DNA from: an uncultured Actinomycetota bacterium
Lineage (GTDB): Bacteria > Actinomycetota > Actinomycetes > Actinomycetales > Microbacteriaceae
Assembly: GCA_963703545.1 (NCBI GenBank)
Contig: CAVPES010000052.1
Location: forward strand, 13,995 to 77,994
Length of the DNA stretch: 64,000 nt
Direction: 5' to 3'
Made by a program: the position numbers and the translations under genes. This document shows positions 37,685-48,737 of the stretch, in pieces. Each line of letters starts with the position of its first letter. Position 1 is the first letter of the stretch. The notes beneath the pieces were generated by a model that saw only the letters and a list, made by a program, of their open reading frames with translations, made no database searches and had not been told where the DNA came from.

Positions 37685-39640
37685 TCAGCGGATGACCAGG
37701 TCTGTGCCGGCCACCTCGGGGATCAGCGCGTCGACCAGCTCCGGCGGAATCGTGTACAGGCTGTTCAGGGCCTCGAGCACTGTCGCCGCGTAGATCCTTC
37801 CGCCCGCCGCGCCAGGATGGACTCGGTCGGCCGCCAGCAGATCCGTGTGCGCGGAGATCGCGCTGTTCCAGTCGGCGATGGCGACACCGGGGTTGCCCGC
37901 CGCGAATTCATGGAGCGTGGCGTTGACACCCGGTGTCCACGACCGGTCGGCGAAAGCCGTGACCAGTACGAGCTTGCGCTTCTCGCCGATCAGTCCCCGA
38001 ATCTCCTCCAGGGTGCTCCGACTGATCGACCCGTTGGTGCCGAGGGCGACCACCACGTAATCGCGCAGCCCGCCCTGGGCATCCAGCGCCCGCAGCAGTT
38101 CGGGTGCTGCGGACATCGGCCTTGACACCTTCGCGTCGGGAAGGGCACCGGGGAGCACCTGGAGCAGCTCCGGCAGGGATGCCAGCGTCACCGAGTCGCC
38201 GATCACCGTGACATGCTCCCCGGTCGGCCTCGGCGGCAGTACAACGCTGCGTTCGGCTGCCTGCGGTACCGTCGCCCGTTCTGCTGCCGCCTTGGCCGTC
38301 GCGGCGGCCTGGATCGCCTGACCATCCCTGATTCGCACTGCGGCGACTGATTCGGTGGGCTCGGCGAGCGCTGCCGTGACAACCGCGGTGCCCAGTGAGA
38401 GCACCAGTATCGGGGCGATCAGCACGGTCAGGCGGGATCGCACAGTACCGAGCCGGAGTTCACACCGAAAGCTCGACAGCGCGCCGCGGAATCCTCGCCG
38501 GCGAATCGGTGCCTCGATCCAGCGGTAGGAGGCGGCTGCGGCGGCGACCGTGAGCACCGCGGCGAGAGCGCTGACCAGACCCAGCGCCACCGGGTCGGTG
38601 CCTCCCGGCCGCATCATTGCCGTCAGCAGAACCAGAATGGGCCAGTGCCACAGGTAGAGGCCGTACGATCGCTCGCCGATCCATCGCATCGGGCGGTTGT
38701 CCAGGAGCGCGCCGGCGCTGGGCAGGCGCACGAGCAGTGCAATCGTCGCGCAGGCCAGTCCGGTGAAGAGAATGACGCTGAGCGCGGTATTGATCGGCGC
38801 GTCGTCGTCGAAACGGATGAACGCGAACACTCCCAGCCCGAGCAGTGGCACGAACATGCTCCAGCGCAGCACGGCGGTGCCGAGTGCATGCAGCCGGGAT
38901 GTGGCCGGCGCCGCGTTGCCGGCTGTGCTCACCGAGAGCGCAACCGCGGCGCCGGCCAGCAGGCCGAGACTGTGCGTGTCCGTGCCGAAGTAGACCCGGG
39001 TCGGGTCCGCGCCGACCAGGGTCAGCGTGAGCATCCCGATCATCGAGGCGCAGGCGGCCGCCACGAGAATCCAGAATCGCAGCCGTGTCGACCGGATCAG
39101 CAGCAGCACGACGAGGATCGCCGGCCAGAGCAGGTAGAACTGCTCTTCGACGGCGAGTGACCAGAGGTTCCGGTAGAGCTCGGGGGCCGTCGATGAGTAG
39201 TAGTCGCTTCCCGCGCTGATCGCGAGCCAGTTGTAGCTGAACGTTGCAGCGCCGGCGAGCTGGCGGCCGATGCCGATCAGCAGCTCGCCCCCGATCACCA
39301 GCGCTGCCGCACCCGTCAGCAGCAGCATCGTGCCCAACGCCGGCAGCAGTCGCCGCGCCCGCCGCCTCCAGAATTCGCCGAGTGCGATCCGGCCGCTCTC
39401 GCGGCTCTCCGCCACCAGCAATGCGGTGATCAGGAATCCGCTGATCACAAAGAACAGATCGACGCCGAGGAAGCCGCCGGACGCCGCGGACGGAAAGAAG
39501 TGGTACACGATGACGGCGAGCACCGCGATCGCGCGCAAACCATCCAGTCCGCCGATCCGGCGACGCGGCTGTGAATCAGCCGGGCTCCGCCGCGCTGCGG
39601 TCAACGGCTGGCTGGCGGGCGATTCGAGGGTGAGGGACAT
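37685..39640 (-). CDS. Acyltransferase family 3 (OafA/YrhL-like) membrane protein fused to a C-terminal SGNH-hydrolase-like domain
   Basis: GLDGLRAIAVLAVIVYHFFP...GFLGVDLFFVISGFLIT...SYGLYLWHWP over about 10 TM helices. The soluble C-terminal part contains VTVIGDSVTL...VVALGTNG. Confidence 0.8.
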   Translation of the reverse strand: MSLTLESPASQPLTAARRSPADSQPRRRIGGLDGLRAIAVLAVIVYHFFPSAASGGFLGVDLFFVISGFLITALLVAESRESGRIALGEFWRRRARRLLPALGTMLLLTGAAALVIGGELLIGIGRQLAGAATFSYNWLAISAGSDYYSSTAPELYRNLWSLAVEEQFYLLWPAILVVLLLIRSTRLRFWILVAAACASMIGMLTLTLVGADPTRVYFGTDTHSLGLLAGAAVALSVSTAGNAAPATSRLHALGTAVLRWSMFVPLLGLGVFAFIRFDDDAPINTALSVILFTGLACATIALLVRLPSAGALLDNRPMRWIGERSYGLYLWHWPILVLLTAMMRPGGTDPVALGLVSALAAVLTVAAAAASYRWIEAPIRRRGFRGALSSFRCELRLGTVRSRLTVLIAPILVLSLGTAVVTAALAEPTESVAAVRIRDGQAIQAAATAKAAAERATVPQAAERSVVLPPRPTGEHVTVIGDSVTLASLPELLQVLPGALPDAKVSRPMSAAPELLRALDAQGGLRDYVVVALGTNGSISRSTLEEIRGLIGEKRKLVLVTAFADRSWTPGVNATLHEFAAGNPGVAIADWNSAISAHTDLLAADRVHPGAAGGRIYAATVLEALNSLYTIPPELVDALIPEVAGTDLVIR

Positions 39641-39711
39641 GAGAATTCCGGACTCCAGCTTAGATTACCCGGCGCGATTCTCCTCGATCAGCGGTCGAAT
39701 TCGATCCGCTG

Positions 39712-40635
39712 ATGGGCCCCGCCCTGTCTAGACTGTCCGACATGCTCGAGCAGGATGGTGCCACCTTCGCGGATGCCGTCGAACCTGACCCGGCCGCCCG
39801 GTTCCGGCTCGCGCTCGCTTACGACGGAACGCTGTTCAGCGGCTGGGCCCGGCAGCCGGGTCTGCGCACGGTCCAGGGTGTCCTCGAAGAGGCACTGGCC
39901 CGCATTCTTCAACGCCGGGGGCCCTCGCCGACGCTCGTCGTTGCCGGCCGTACCGATGCCGGCGTGCACGCGACCGGTCAGGTGGCGCATCTGGAGCTCA
40001 GCGCCCCGCAGCTGGCGCTGCTGAACCGCCGAGGCGGTGATGAGGAACCCGCGGCGACGCTGAAGCGACGGTTGAACGGCATCCTCGGCAACCCCTCGGA
40101 CGTCGTGGTCTCAGCCGTCGAGCGAGTGGCTGCCGACTTCGACGCCCGATTCTCTGCGCTCTGGCGGGTATATCACTACCGCATCGCCGACGGGCTCGCG
40201 GTTCGAGATCCCCTGCAGCGCCTGCGCACCGTCTGGCGTCCGGGCGTTCTCGACGTCGAGGCGATGAATGCCGCAGCCGGCGGACTGCTCGGCCTGCGCG
40301 ATTTCTCCGCCTTCTGCAGGCCGCGCGCGGGGGCGACGACGATCCGCACGCTGCAGGACTACCACTGGGAACGGCTGCCCGACGGTGTGCTCGAGGCGCG
40401 GGTGCAGGCGGACGCCTTCTGCCACAGCATGGTGCGGGCGCTGGTCGGCGGCTGCGTCGCCGTCGGCGAGGGGCGCCTGGCTGCCCATCGCCTCGTCGAG
40501 CTGCTGGCGGAGGGTGCGCGCTCCAACGAGTTCGTGGTGATGCCGGCCCACGGCCTGACTCTCGTCGAGATCGTCTACCCTGCGGCCGAACTCCTGGCGC
40601 AGCGTGCAGAGCAGACTCGCGCCCGGCGAAGTTGA
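39712..40635 (+). CDS. truA: tRNA pseudouridine(38-40) synthase (start uncertain; ATG 39742 is also possible)
   Basis: RFRLALAYDGTLFSGWARQPGLRTVQGVLEEAL...VVAGRTDAGVHATGQVAHLEL...FCHSMVRALVG. Confidence 0.9.
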   Translation: MGPALSRLSDMLEQDGATFADAVEPDPAARFRLALAYDGTLFSGWARQPGLRTVQGVLEEALARILQRRGPSPTLVVAGRTDAGVHATGQVAHLELSAPQLALLNRRGGDEEPAATLKRRLNGILGNPSDVVVSAVERVAADFDARFSALWRVYHYRIADGLAVRDPLQRLRTVWRPGVLDVEAMNAAAGGLLGLRDFSAFCRPRAGATTIRTLQDYHWERLPDGVLEARVQADAFCHSMVRALVGGCVAVGEGRLAAHRLVELLAEGARSNEFVVMPAHGLTLVEIVYPAAELLAQRAEQTRARRS

Positions 40636-40682
40636 GGGCGCACTCCGGAGCCGACCGGCGGAGCCTGCGGCACCACCTCCGT

Positions 40683-40711
40683 TTGACCGACCCCACCGTC
40701 TCGGGTAGGAT
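40683..40711 (+). promoter_or_regulatory. Candidate promoter of the rplM-rpsI(-glmM) operon (TTGACC-17-TAGGAT)
   Basis: TTGACC at 40683-40688, a 17-nt spacer, then TAGGAT at 40706-40711. Confidence 0.5.
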
Positions 40712-40852
40712 CGATCCTTGGTGTCCGGTTTTGCTGCCGATCACCCGAACGTGAGCCCTCCACCGGAAGCTGTTCTCGCGCCGTCGTGCGCAGGAACACC
40801 CATCGGAGCGGGATTCACGACCACCTCCGTTCGACAAGAAAGCAGCGGTACT

Positions 40853-41299
40853 GTGACGCGCACCTACAGCCCAAAAATCAGTGAGATCCAGCGCAACTGG
40901 CTCATCATCGACGCCGAAGACGTCGTTCTCGGACGACTCGCCTCCCACGCGGCAGCCCTGCTGCGCGGCAAGCACAAGCCCACCTTCGCCAACCACATCG
41001 ACACCGGCGACTTCGTCATCATCATCAACGCCGACAAGGTTGCTCTGACCGGCTCCAAGCTGGCTCAGAAGAATGCCTACCGGCACTCCGGCTATCCGGG
41101 CGGACTGACCACGGTCAGCTATTCGGAGATGCTCGAGAAGCACCCCACCCGTACTATCGAGAAGGCCGTCCGCGGCATGCTCCCCAAGAACTCCCTCGGC
41201 CGCGCCCAGCTCAAGAAGCTCAAGGTGTACACCGGAAGTGAGCACCCCCACGCTGCCCAGCAGCCCACTCCGTACACCCTCGACCAGGTCGCTCAGTAG
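40853..41299 (+). CDS. rplM: 50S ribosomal protein L13
   Basis: GTG at 40853. (M)[44 protein letters not shown]. Confidence 0.95.
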   Translation: MTRTYSPKISEIQRNWLIIDAEDVVLGRLASHAAALLRGKHKPTFANHIDTGDFVIIINADKVALTGSKLAQKNAYRHSGYPGGLTTVSYSEMLEKHPTRTIEKAVRGMLPKNSLGRAQLKKLKVYTGSEHPHAAQQPTPYTLDQVAQ

Positions 41300-41322
41300 C
41301 GACGGCTGACAGAAGAAGGATT

Positions 41323-41838
41323 TTGACAATCGTGGCGAAAATCACAGATTCCACCGACACCGACACCGACGACATCGAAGAGGCTGCCGAGAGCTATTCG
41401 ACCGAGACTCCCGCCGAGGAGGCGCCCAAGGCTCCCCGCGCTGTTCTGAACGTTCCCGGTGCGGCCGTCGGCCGCCGCAAGCAGGCAATCGCCCGCGTGC
41501 GCCTGATCCCCGGCTCCGGCACCATCACGGTCAACAGCCGTGAATTCGCGGACTACTTCCCCAACAAGCTGCACCAGCAGCTGATCAACGACCCGTTCAA
41601 GGTGCTCGACCTGCTCGGCAGCTACGACGTGATCGCCCGCATCTCGGGTGGCGGCCCCTCCGGTCAGGCCGGAGCACTGCGCCTCGGCATCGCGCGCGCC
41701 TTGAACGAGATCGACCGCGAGAACAACCGCGCCGCCCTCAAGAAGGCGGGCTTCCTCAGCCGCGACGCCCGAGTCATCGAGCGCAAGAAGGCTGGGCTGA
41801 AGAAGGCTCGTAAGGCTCCCCAGTTCTCCAAGCGCTGA
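41323..41838 (+). CDS. rpsI: 30S ribosomal protein S9 with an acidic N-terminal extension (start TTG 41323 or GTG 41332)
   Basis: [26 protein letters not shown]...[19 protein letters not shown]...[25 protein letters not shown]. Confidence 0.94.
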   Translation: MTIVAKITDSTDTDTDDIEEAAESYSTETPAEEAPKAPRAVLNVPGAAVGRRKQAIARVRLIPGSGTITVNSREFADYFPNKLHQQLINDPFKVLDLLGSYDVIARISGGGPSGQAGALRLGIARALNEIDRENNRAALKKAGFLSRDARVIERKKAGLKKARKAPQFSKR

Positions 41839-41864
41839 TCGCGTTTCGACGATAAGTACCGGCG

Positions 41865-43226
41865 ATGCCCCGACTTTTCGGCACCGATGGTGTTCGCGGG
41901 CTGGCCAACGGTGAACTGACCGCTGAGCTGGCCCTCGGCCTCGCTCAGGCCAGTGCTCTGGTGCTCACCCAGGGCAGGCACGCCGAGGCCCGCCGCGCGG
42001 CGGGTAAGCGCCCGCTGGGCATTATTGCCCGGGATCCACGGGTGTCGGGGGAGTTCCTGACCGCCGCGATTGCGGCGGGTCTGGCCTCGTCCGGCCTCGA
42101 CGTGCTCGACGCCGGCGTCATCCCGACGCCGGCACTGGCGTTCCTGGTCGGAGACATCGGCGCCGACTTCGGCGTCATGGTCTCGGCCTCGCACAACCCG
42201 GCGCCGGACAACGGAATCAAGTTCTTCGCGGCGGGCGGCACCAAGCTCCCGGATGCGGTAGAGGACCGGATCGAGGCGGCACTGACGGGCCCGAAGCTGC
42301 GACCGACGGCGGGCGATGTCGGGCGCTATCGGCGATTCGCTGACGCAGAGGATCGTTACATCGTGCATCTGCTCGCCTCCCTGCCGCACCGACTCGACGG
42401 AATCCACGTCGTGCTGGACTGTGCCAACGGCGCGGCAGCAGGTGTCTCACCCCAGGTTTTCACCGATGCCGGGGCACGGGTCACCGTGATCGGGGCGGAC
42501 CCCGACGGGCTCAACATCAACGACGGCGTCGGCTCAACCCATCTCGACACCCTGGCAAGGGCGGTGCTCGAAGCCGGAGCCGACGTCGGCATCGCCCACG
42601 ACGGTGACGCCGACCGCTGCCTGGCCGTCGACCACACTGGTGCCGTCGTGGACGGCGACCAGATCATGGCGATTCTCGCGGTATCGATGGCGGACCGCGG
42701 GGTGCTGACCAAACGCACCCTGGTGACGACCGTGATGAGCAATCTGGGACTGCACCGCGCCATGGCCGCGCAGCGAATCGAGGTTGTGCAGACCGCCGTC
42801 GGGGACCGCTACGTCCTGGAGGCGCTCGGTGAGCGCGGCCTGGCCCTGGGCGGCGAGCAGTCCGGCCACGTCATCATGACGAGATTCGCGACCACCGGGG
42901 ACGGCATCCTGACCGGTCTGCACCTCGTGGCGGAGATGGCGCGCACAGGCAAGTCGCTGGCCGAACTAGCCGCAGTGATGACGGTCTACCCGCAGGTTCT
43001 GATCAACGTTCGTGATGTCGAGCACCGTGACCTCGCCACCGACGAGGTCATTGCAGCGTCGGTGCTGGCAGCGGAGGCGGAACTCGGCGGCTCCGGCCGG
43101 GTGCTCCTTCGAGCCTCCGGTACCGAGCCCATGGTCAGGATCATGGTCGAAGCAGAGCAGCAGGACGCGGCCGAGCGGATCGCGCACCGACTCGCCGGAG
43201 TCGTCCGCGATCGTCTCACTCGCTAG
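41865..43226 (+). CDS. glmM: Phosphoglucosamine mutase
   Basis: [16 protein letters not shown]...[19 protein letters not shown]...[11 protein letters not shown]. Confidence 0.96.
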   Translation: MPRLFGTDGVRGLANGELTAELALGLAQASALVLTQGRHAEARRAAGKRPLGIIARDPRVSGEFLTAAIAAGLASSGLDVLDAGVIPTPALAFLVGDIGADFGVMVSASHNPAPDNGIKFFAAGGTKLPDAVEDRIEAALTGPKLRPTAGDVGRYRRFADAEDRYIVHLLASLPHRLDGIHVVLDCANGAAAGVSPQVFTDAGARVTVIGADPDGLNINDGVGSTHLDTLARAVLEAGADVGIAHDGDADRCLAVDHTGAVVDGDQIMAILAVSMADRGVLTKRTLVTTVMSNLGLHRAMAAQRIEVVQTAVGDRYVLEALGERGLALGGEQSGHVIMTRFATTGDGILTGLHLVAEMARTGKSLAELAAVMTVYPQVLINVRDVEHRDLATDEVIAASVLAAEAELGGSGRVLLRASGTEPMVRIMVEAEQQDAAERIAHRLAGVVRDRLTR

Positions 43227-43287
43227 CTTCGTCGCCCAGCGGTTCCCGCGACGCTGCGGCGGATTGCGGCACGGACTCGGCGGCCCC

Positions 43288-44238
43288 TCAGATCTTGCGC
43301 AGCAGCACGGTCTGCACGGTGTGGTCGCTGTCCTTGCGCAGAATGAGCTTCGCCCGGGATCGGGTGGGCCGGATATTCGTGAGCAGGTTCGGCCGGTTGA
43401 TCTCGTTCCAGATCTGGGCTGCGTACGTCGATGCGTCGTCCTCGCTGAGGTCGGCGAAGCGGTGGAAGAACGAGTTCGGGTTCGTGAAGGCACCGCGCTG
43501 CAACTTGAGGAACCGTTCGACGTACCAGCGGGCGATGTCGTCAGAGCGGGCGTCGACGTAGATCGAGAAATCGAAGAGATCGCTGACGGCCAGATAGGAG
43601 GTGCCTGACGCCGGCTGAAGGACGTTGAGGCCCTCGACGATCAGGATGTCGGGGCTGCGCAGCACGATCTCGGCATCGGGGATGATGTCGTAGCTGAGGT
43701 GGGAATAGAACGGCGCGCGAACTTCCCGCACGCCGCTCTTGACTGCGGTGACGAAGCGCAGCAGTGCGCGCTGGTCGTAGGACTCGGGGAAGCCCTTGCG
43801 GGCCAGCAGTCCGCGTCTCTCGAGCTCGGCATTGGGGTAGAGGAAGCCATCGGTGGTGACCAGCTCGACGCGAGGGGTGTCCTCCCACCGGGCGAGCAGT
43901 TCCCGCAACAGGCGGGCGATCGTGGACTTGCCCACGGCGACCGAGCCGGCAACGGCGATCACGAATGGTGTGCGCTGGCGCTGCTCGCCGAGGAAGCCCG
44001 TGGTCGCATCGTGGATGCGACGGGTGCCGGTCGCGTAGAGGTTGAGCAGGCGACTGAGGGGCAGGTAGACCTCGCTGACCTCGCGCATGTCGAGGTGGTC
44101 GCCCAGCCCGCGCAATTGCACGATTTCGTTCTCGCTCAGTGGCTGCGGCGTCGCCGGAGCGAGCGCCGCCCACTGCGCGCGCGCGATCTCGACAAACGGC
44201 GTGCTCGCGGCGGGCAGGGTGAAGTTGGGATCGGACAT
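43288..44238 (-). CDS. coaA: Type I pantothenate kinase
   Basis: MSDPNFTLP...[21 protein letters not shown]...[10 protein letters not shown]...[15 protein letters not shown] at 44238-44236. Confidence 0.93.
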   Translation of the reverse strand: MSDPNFTLPAASTPFVEIARAQWAALAPATPQPLSENEIVQLRGLGDHLDMREVSEVYLPLSRLLNLYATGTRRIHDATTGFLGEQRQRTPFVIAVAGSVAVGKSTIARLLRELLARWEDTPRVELVTTDGFLYPNAELERRGLLARKGFPESYDQRALLRFVTAVKSGVREVRAPFYSHLSYDIIPDAEIVLRSPDILIVEGLNVLQPASGTSYLAVSDLFDFSIYVDARSDDIARWYVERFLKLQRGAFTNPNSFFHRFADLSEDDASTYAAQIWNEINRPNLLTNIRPTRSRAKLILRKDSDHTVQTVLLRKI

Positions 44239-44309
44239 CGCTGTCAATCCTAGGGCGACGGCATCATCGCGGCGAGGTCGCGGCATCCGGGTGGACTAAA
44301 ATTGCTTTC

Positions 44310-46166
44310 ATGTGCGGAATTGTCGGCTATGTCGGCCCTCAGAACAGCCTGCCGGTTCTGCTGGGCGGTCTTCGGCGTCTCGAGTACCGCGGCTACGACT
44401 CCGCGGGGGTCGCGGTGATCGCCGACAACGGCCGGCTCGGCGTCCGCAAGAAGGCGGGCAAGCTCGGCGTGCTCTCCGCTGATCTCGACGCCGCACCGCT
44501 CGCAGACGGCCACACCGGGATCGGCCACACGCGCTGGGCCACGCACGGCGGCCCCACCGACGGCAATGCCCATCCCCATCTCGGCGACGATGGCAGACTC
44601 GCGCTCATCCACAACGGCATCATCGAGAACTTCGCCGAACTCAAAGCGGAACTCCTGGCCGAGGGCTGCGAATTCACCAGCGAGACCGATACCGAGGTCG
44701 CCGCCATCCTGATCGGCCGCGAGTATCGGCGCACAGGCGACCTCACCCGGGCATTTCGTGCCGTCGTCTCCCGACTGCACGGCGCCTTCACGCTGTTGGC
44801 GATCCATCAGGACGAGCCCGGGCGCGTCGTTGCTGCCCGCCGCAACTCGCCGCTCGTGATCGGTCTCGGTGACGGCGAGAACTTCCTCGGCTCCGACGTC
44901 GCCGCCTTCGTCCAATTCACCCGCTCGGCGATTGCGATCGGCCAGGATCAGATCGTCACGATCACCGCGGATGACTTCACCATCACCGACTTCGACGGAA
45001 CAGAGGTGGGTCCCGAGGGCTTCGATCGATACGACGTCGCGTGGGACGCCTCGGCCGCCGAGAAGGGCGGCTGGTCCAGCTTCATGGCCAAGGAGATCAG
45101 CGAAGAACCGGAAGCGGTCCGCAATTCTATGCTCGGGCGTGTCGTCGACGGCGCGGTGCGCCTGCCCGAACTCGAGCCGCTCGCCGACTTGCTCGGTGCT
45201 CTGGACCGGATCATCGTGATCGCCTGCGGAACCGCCGCCTATGCCGGTGCCCTCGGCCGCTACGCGATCGAGAAATGGGCCCGGGTCCCGGTCGAAGTCG
45301 AGCTGTCCCACGAATTCCGCTATCGGGAACCCGTGCTGAACGACCGCACCCTCGTCATCTCGGTCAGCCAGTCGGGCGAGACGATGGATACCCTGATGGC
45401 GGTCAAGTACGCGAAGCAGAACGGTGCCCGCACCCTATCCATCTGCAACACCCAGGGGTCGACGATTCCGCGGGAGTCGGACGCGGCGATCTATACGCAT
45501 GCCGGTCCGGAGATGGCGGTCGCGAGCACCAAGGCCTTCGTAGCCCAGGTCACCGTGCTCTACCTTCTCGGCCTTCATCTGGGCACTCTGCGGGGCACCC
45601 TCGATCCGGCGGAACTCGCAGCGCAGCTGGACGAGCTGCAGCAGCTGCCGGACAAGCTCGCCGAGGTGCTGGTCAGCTCCGCATCCATCAAACAGCTCGC
45701 GAACTGGATGAGCGACACCCGGTCCGTGCTGTTCCTGGGTCGGCATGTCGGCTACCCCGTCGCGCTGGAGGGGGCGCTGAAGCTCAAGGAGCTCGCCTAC
45801 ATCCACGCGGAGGGCTTCGCCGCGGGCGAGCTCAAGCACGGACCCATCGCACTGATCGAGCCGGGCCAGATCGTCTTCGTGATCGTGCCGAGCCCCCGCG
45901 GGGCGGGGTCGCTGCACCCCAAGGTGGTCTCCAACATCCAGGAGATCCGGGCGCGCGGCGCGCGGGTGATCGCGATCGCCGAGAAGGGCGATGCCGCCGT
46001 GCTGCCCTACGCCGATGAGGTCATTCCGATACCGCTCGCCTCCGTGTTCGCGGAACCGCTGCTCGCGGTAGTGCCGCTGCATGTCTTCGCCATGGAACTC
46101 GCGATGGCCAAGGGACTCGACGTCGACCAGCCGCGCAACCTGGCCAAGTCCGTGACGGTCGAGTGA
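44310..46166 (+). CDS. glmS: Glutamine--fructose-6-phosphate aminotransferase
   Basis: MCGIVGYVG... N-terminal nucleophile, two SIS domains, and the C-terminal LAKSVTVE. Confidence 0.97.
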   Translation: MCGIVGYVGPQNSLPVLLGGLRRLEYRGYDSAGVAVIADNGRLGVRKKAGKLGVLSADLDAAPLADGHTGIGHTRWATHGGPTDGNAHPHLGDDGRLALIHNGIIENFAELKAELLAEGCEFTSETDTEVAAILIGREYRRTGDLTRAFRAVVSRLHGAFTLLAIHQDEPGRVVAARRNSPLVIGLGDGENFLGSDVAAFVQFTRSAIAIGQDQIVTITADDFTITDFDGTEVGPEGFDRYDVAWDASAAEKGGWSSFMAKEISEEPEAVRNSMLGRVVDGAVRLPELEPLADLLGALDRIIVIACGTAAYAGALGRYAIEKWARVPVEVELSHEFRYREPVLNDRTLVISVSQSGETMDTLMAVKYAKQNGARTLSICNTQGSTIPRESDAAIYTHAGPEMAVASTKAFVAQVTVLYLLGLHLGTLRGTLDPAELAAQLDELQQLPDKLAEVLVSSASIKQLANWMSDTRSVLFLGRHVGYPVALEGALKLKELAYIHAEGFAAGELKHGPIALIEPGQIVFVIVPSPRGAGSLHPKVVSNIQEIRARGARVIAIAEKGDAAVLPYADEVIPIPLASVFAEPLLAVVPLHVFAMELAMAKGLDVDQPRNLAKSVTVE

Positions 46167-46170
46167 TGCC

Positions 46171-46527
46171 GTGATCATCGGCTTGGGCGTGGATATCGTC
46201 GATCTTGACCGCTTCGAGCGAACGATAACCCGGACACCGGGTTTGCTGACCCGACTGTTCACCGTGAGCGAACGCGCCCTGCCGGTCCACTCACTGGCGG
46301 CGCGGTTCGCCGCGAAGGAGGCGCTGATGAAGGCGCTGGGGGATACCACGGACTTTCGCTGGCACGATATGGAAATCGTCGGAGACGAGGACCGCAAACC
46401 CGCGCTGACCCTGCGCGGTGAGGTGCTGCGCAACGCCCAGGCGCGCGGAGTCATCAGCACTCACCTGTCACTGAGCCATGACGCCGGCATCGCCCTCGCC
46501 TTCGTGATTCTGGAATCAGCGCCGTGA
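46171..46527 (+). CDS. acpS: Holo-[acyl-carrier-protein] synthase
   Basis: (M)IIGLGVDIVDLDRFE...FAAKEALMKALG...LSLSHD. Confidence 0.9.
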   Translation: MIIGLGVDIVDLDRFERTITRTPGLLTRLFTVSERALPVHSLAARFAAKEALMKALGDTTDFRWHDMEIVGDEDRKPALTLRGEVLRNAQARGVISTHLSLSHDAGIALAFVILESAP

Positions 46528-47630
46528 CCAGGCCGCTTCGCGAGGCGCGGATCGACCTCGCAGCGATCGCCAACAACGTCGCGCGGCTGCGGGAGTACGC
46601 GGGAGGGGCCCGCCTGATGGCGGTGGTCAAGGCGAACGGCTACGGGCACGGAGCAGTGCGCGTGGCCAAGGCGGCACTTGCGGGCGGCGCCGGCTGGCTG
46701 GGCGTCGCCGATCTGACCGAGGCTCTGGAACTGCGCTCGGCCGGGATCGACGCTCCGATTCTGGCCTGGCTGCACGACCCGGATACAGACTTCCGGCCGG
46801 CCATCGACAACCGAATCGACATCGGTGTGTCCGCACCGGCCCAGCTGCGCGCCATCGCCGCCCAGACCATCGACACCCCGGCCCGCATCCAGATCAAACT
46901 CGAAACCGGTCTCAGCAGGAACGGTGTGGCCGAGTCCGAGTGGGATCAGGTCTTCGCGGCCGCCGCCCAGGGTGAGCGCGCCGGCCGACTGATCGTCACG
47001 GGGCTGTTCAGCCATCTCTCCAACACCTCGGACGCGGACGACCTGGCGGCGATCGAGCGCTTCCGGACCGGTATCGCCAGGGCGCACCAGCACGGTCTCA
47101 GTCCAGAACTGACGCACATCGCGGCCAGCGCGGCGACGATTCGCCTGACCCAGGCGCGGTTCGACATGGTGCGCGTCGGCATCGGAATGTACGGCCTGTC
47201 GCCGTTGGAGCACCGCAGTTCGGCGAGTCTGGACCTGATCCCCGCGATGAGCCTGCACTCCCGGGTCAATGCGGTGCGCAGGGTCGCCGCGGGCACCGGA
47301 GTCTCCTACGGCTACACCTGGCGCGCCGAACGGGAGACCACGCTGGTGCTGGTCCCAGTCGGCTACGCGGACGGCATACCGCGCGCCGCTTCCGGTGCTG
47401 GCACGGTCAGCATTCACGGAGTCCGCCATCCGGTGCGCGGTCGGATCGCGATGGACCAGTTCGTGGTGGAGGTCGGTGATGCCGTGGTGGAGGTCGGTGA
47501 CGAAGTGGTGCTGTTCGGCGACCCGCGACAGGGTCTGCCCGCTGCCGACGACTGGGCGCTCGCTGCAGGCACCATCAACTACGAGATCGTCACCGGAATC
47601 GGGCCGCGGGTCGAGCGGAGCTATCACTGA
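46524..47630 (+). CDS. alr: Alanine racemase
   Basis: AVVKANGYGHG (PLP lysine motif), VRVGIGMYGLSP, and GYADG...GRIAMDQ. Confidence 0.93.
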   Translation: MTRPLREARIDLAAIANNVARLREYAGGARLMAVVKANGYGHGAVRVAKAALAGGAGWLGVADLTEALELRSAGIDAPILAWLHDPDTDFRPAIDNRIDIGVSAPAQLRAIAAQTIDTPARIQIKLETGLSRNGVAESEWDQVFAAAAQGERAGRLIVTGLFSHLSNTSDADDLAAIERFRTGIARAHQHGLSPELTHIAASAATIRLTQARFDMVRVGIGMYGLSPLEHRSSASLDLIPAMSLHSRVNAVRRVAAGTGVSYGYTWRAERETTLVLVPVGYADGIPRAASGAGTVSIHGVRHPVRGRIAMDQFVVEVGDAVVEVGDEVVLFGDPRQGLPAADDWALAAGTINYEIVTGIGPRVERSYH

Positions 47631-47631
47631 G

Positions 47632-48120
47632 ATGCGGCAGGTTCGGATCGTGGAGACCCCCGAGGCGATGGATGCTCTCGGCAGGCAGCTGGGTGCCGAG
47701 TTGCAGGCAGGGGATCTGATCGTGCTGATCGGCCCGCTGGGAGCAGGCAAGACCACGCTCACGCGCGGGATCGGTGCATCCCTCGGCGTGCGGGGTCCCG
47801 TGACCAGCCCGACCTTCGTGCTGGCGCGCACGCACCCGAGTCTGGTCGGCGGACCGCCCCTGGTGCACATGGACGCCTATCGACTGGGCAGTGCTGCAGA
47901 GCTCGATGACCTCGACATCGACTTCGCCGGGTCCGTCGTCGTGGTCGAGTGGGGTGACGGACTGCTGGACGGGGTCAGCGACGACTGGCTTGAGGTGCGG
48001 ATCGAGCGGCCGCTGGGCGAGGCGGCGCTCGACTCGGGTTCCGCGGTCGATGATGCCCCGGTCGAACCTCGTCAGGTGGCCATCACCGGCGTCGGCAAGC
48101 GCTGGGCCGGAGTGCTCTGA
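47632..48120 (+). CDS. tsaE: tRNA t6A biosynthesis ATPase TsaE
   Basis: ATG at 47632, directly after the alr stop. GDLIVLIGPLGAGKTTLTRGIGASLGV...VTSPTFVL...HMDAYRL. Confidence 0.9.
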   Translation: MRQVRIVETPEAMDALGRQLGAELQAGDLIVLIGPLGAGKTTLTRGIGASLGVRGPVTSPTFVLARTHPSLVGGPPLVHMDAYRLGSAAELDDLDIDFAGSVVVVEWGDGLLDGVSDDWLEVRIERPLGEAALDSGSAVDDAPVEPRQVAITGVGKRWAGVL

Positions 48121-48737
48121 TGCTGCTTGCCATCGACACCAGTCAGGGCACCTCCGTTTCGGTGGTCGACCGTGATGCCGGCGTCATCGCAGTGCACGCC
48201 GCGGACGGGACCAGACATCATGCCGAGGTCGTCGGCACGCTGATCCGGGCGGTGCTCGACGATTCCGGTGTGCCGGTGTCCGGATTGTCGGGGGTTGTCG
48301 CGGGGCTTGGGCCCGGCCCCTTCACGGGGCTGCGAGTCGGGGTGGCCGCCGCCCGGGGCTTCGCGCTCGGCTCAGGGAAGCCGCTGCTGTTCGTGATCAG
48401 CCACGATGCGATCGCCTATGCCCACTACCGGGACGGCGGCGTCGGTCCGCTGCAGGTGGTCACCGATGCCCGGCGCCGCGAACTCTACGTGTCCGATTTC
48501 TCCGGCGCGGACCGGCAGGGTCTGCCCATCCGCCTCGCCGAGCCCCGTATCGTGGCTGCCGTCGAACTGCCCGATGCCCCGGCCCCGCGCCGGAGCACCG
48601 CCGCGGTCGATGCCGGCGCGCTGGGGATGCTCGCTGAGCTGATGCAGTTGCACAGCAGGCCGTTCGCCGCCGGCCACGCGCTCTACCTGCGCTCGCCGGA
48701 CGCGGTCCCCGGCCGTGGCAAGCGGGTGACCGGGTGA
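48120..48737 (+). CDS. tsaB: tRNA t6A biosynthesis protein TsaB
   Basis: MLLAIDTSQGTSVSVV...GPGPFTGLRVGVAAARGFAL. Confidence 0.9.
   Translation: MLLAIDTSQGTSVSVVDRDAGVIAVHAADGTRHHAEVVGTLIRAVLDDSGVPVSGLSGVVAGLGPGPFTGLRVGVAAARGFALGSGKPLLFVISHDAIAYAHYRDGGVGPLQVVTDARRRELYVSDFSGADRQGLPIRLAEPRIVAAVELPDAPAPRRSTAAVDAGALGMLAELMQLHSRPFAAGHALYLRSPDAVPGRGKRVTG

Noticed and set aside
44239-44309. Possible glmS ribozyme upstream of glmS
   Set aside because: Only 71 nt separate the divergent coaA and glmS starts, which is too short for the ~170-nt ribozyme. I see no matching core, and the ribozyme is characteristic of Firmicutes rather than Actinobacteria.
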